Assembly (NCBI GenBank): GCA_965228485.1
Contig: OZ245819.1
Span: 60,001 to 92,000 of the forward strand
Length of the DNA stretch: 32,000 bases
Origin: Candidatus Saccharimonadota bacterium
Lineage (GTDB): Bacteria > Patescibacteriota > Gracilibacteria > UBA4473
Reading direction: 5' to 3'
Shown here: positions 30,966-32,000 of the stretch, one piece after another
How the letters are laid out: every line of letters starts with the position of its first letter
Numbering within the stretch: the stretch's first letter is position 1
Notes under the pieces: model-generated
Told to the model about the DNA's origin: nothing
The model's database searches: none
What the model saw: only the letters and a program-made list of their open reading frames with translations
Program-made: the position numbers and the translations under genes

Positions 30966-32000
30966 ATGGCAAAGTCGGTATCGCTTCCAGAAGGGTCTAT
31001 TGTAAAGACTCTTGTGACAGATTTGGCGGGGGGATTGAAAGAAATCATTTTCCCAGGTTCAGCGTTGAATGCAATTACTGGTCGAGGAATGGCGTATGAT
31101 GGCTCGAGTTTTTCGGGGATTAATAACATTAATTCGAGTGATGCGATTCTTTGGGGAGATATAGAGACATTGGTAGAAGTGCCAGAATGTATAAGTGATA
31201 CTGAAGCGCCTGAGTTTTGGATCATGTGTAATATTCTTACTCCAGACGGAGAACCACATCCAAACTGTGCCAGAACGCATTTGATTGAACGACAAAAGGA
31301 ACTAGGAAAACTCTGGAAAGGAGGGGAGATGTGTGTTGGAGCGGAGCCAGAAGCTTTCTTTGTTTCTGAGCGAAACTCGATTGGACGAGAAGGTGGAGGA
31401 AATGCCAACTACTTCAATCCAAAAGACCCAAAGAGTTTTATCATTGCAGAGATCATGCAAATCTTGCCAAAAATGGGATATACGATCGAACGTGGACATC
31501 CAGAAGTGGGAGATGAGCAGTTTGAGATTAATTGGGAATACGACACGGCACATAGAACGGCTGATCGGATTCAGATGTACAAGTTAATCGCTCATAAGGT
31601 TGCGCGGAGACATGGATTTGATGTGACGTTTTTGCCGAAACCGTTTCCACAACGAAATGGTTCTGGAATGCACTGTCATTTATCGGTCGGAGATGGGAAA
31701 AAGAATCTTTTCTATGATGCGAAGAAGAAAGACCAGAAGTATTTTTCTGATACGGCACTTCATTTCTTAGCCGGGATTATGCGTTATTCTCGTGCGATTG
31801 CCGCGGTGGCAAATTCTACGGAAGCTTCGTATGCACGTTTGACCCCTGGGTTTGAAGCTCCTTGTGTGGTGGCTCTTGGAGAGTTCAATCGTTCAGCAGC
31901 GGGGCGAATTCCAGCTATTTCTGATCCAAAGACCATTTCAAAAGCCCTACGAGTAGAGTTTCGGTTTCCTGATCCATTGGCGAATCCGTATCTGCTTTGT
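30966..32000 (+). CDS. glnA: Glutamine synthetase (type I-like), 5' part; continues past the window end
   Basis: Not in the ORF track because there is no stop in the window. My translation from the ATG at 30966 is open for 345 codons. It contains MAYDGSSFSGI, GAEPEAFFV, HPEVGDEQFEINW, FLPKPFPQRNGSGMHCHLS, ASYARLTPGFEAP and RVEFRFPDPLANPYL. Confidence 0.9.
   Translation, partial: MAKSVSLPEGSIVKTLVTDLAGGLKEIIFPGSALNAITGRGMAYDGSSFSGINNINSSDAILWGDIETLVEVPECISDTEAPEFWIMCNILTPDGEPHPNCARTHLIERQKELGKLWKGGEMCVGAEPEAFFVSERNSIGREGGGNANYFNPKDPKSFIIAEIMQILPKMGYTIERGHPEVGDEQFEINWEYDTAHRTADRIQMYKLIAHKVARRHGFDVTFLPKPFPQRNGSGMHCHLSVGDGKKNLFYDAKKKDQKYFSDTALHFLAGIMRYSRAIAAVANSTEASYARLTPGFEAPCVVALGEFNRSAAGRIPAISDPKTISKALRVEFRFPDPLANPYLLC

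Noticed and set aside
30914-31758. Track ORFs 30914-31408(-), 31059-31295(-), 31302-31553(-), 31528-31758(-), 31333-31587(+) and 30817-31005(+).
   Set aside because: All overlap the unlisted + strand frame starting at 30966, which encodes an unmistakable glutamine synthetase. Their translations are low-complexity and motif-free, so they are shadow ORFs of glnA.
1-32000. Alternative genetic code (UGA recoded, as in some candidate phyla).
   Set aside because: All conserved genes (dnaK, dnaX, purD, pilB, murG, ABC exporter and others) are full length and uninterrupted under the standard code, so there is no evidence for recoding.
1-32000. CRISPR arrays, transposases, integrases, prophage genes and tandem DNA satellites.
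   Set aside because: I saw no regularly spaced direct repeats and no recognisable mobile-element enzymes. The only repeats are intragenic domain duplications (5675-9475) and the short inverted repeats near 29875-30044.

Overview
The window reads as a chromosomal segment from a small-genome, AT-rich bacterium using the standard genetic code, because all long conserved genes are uninterrupted. The gene content and style suggest a CPR/Patescibacteria-like organism; this is an inference, and there is no rRNA in the window to confirm it. That style includes housekeeping genes packed with tiny spacers, a giant repetitive surface protein, a minimal type IV pilus module, and start codons with essentially no Shine-Dalgarno sequence. 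On the plus strand I call an unidentified gene tail, lemA, a 579-aa orphan protein, dnaK with a consensus promoter and two CIRCE operators, and a 1266-aa repeat-rich secreted surface protein. A secreted coiled-coil protein follows, and at the right edge there is a 5'-partial-window glnA that is missing from the supplied ORF track. On the minus strand I call a pore-less voltage-sensor/bPH fusion protein, rplA-rplK-nusG-secE, and two translationally coupled paralogous small membrane proteins. Next come an MsbA-like ABC exporter and a 13-gene co-directional array. That array runs pilN-like, pilO-like, pilB, pilC, dedA, purD, ftsW, murG, tauE-like, dnaX, a standalone AsnC/RAM domain and an aminotransferase. 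It is followed by rpsR-rpsF, a solitary HEPN-motif protein and an alpha/beta hydrolase. I saw no tRNA, rRNA, CRISPR array, transposase or integrase. The candidates most worth follow-up are: (1) the solitary Rx4H HEPN protein and the hairpin/inverted-repeat-rich spacer beside it, (2) the voltage-sensor-domain/bPH fusion lacking a pore, (3) the paired small membrane proteins downstream of the ABC exporter, (4) the giant surface protein with its basic tail and coiled-coil neighbour, and (5) the reduced pilus module with an NPF-repeat disordered extension on PilC. All family assignments come from motifs recognised by eye. No database search was run.
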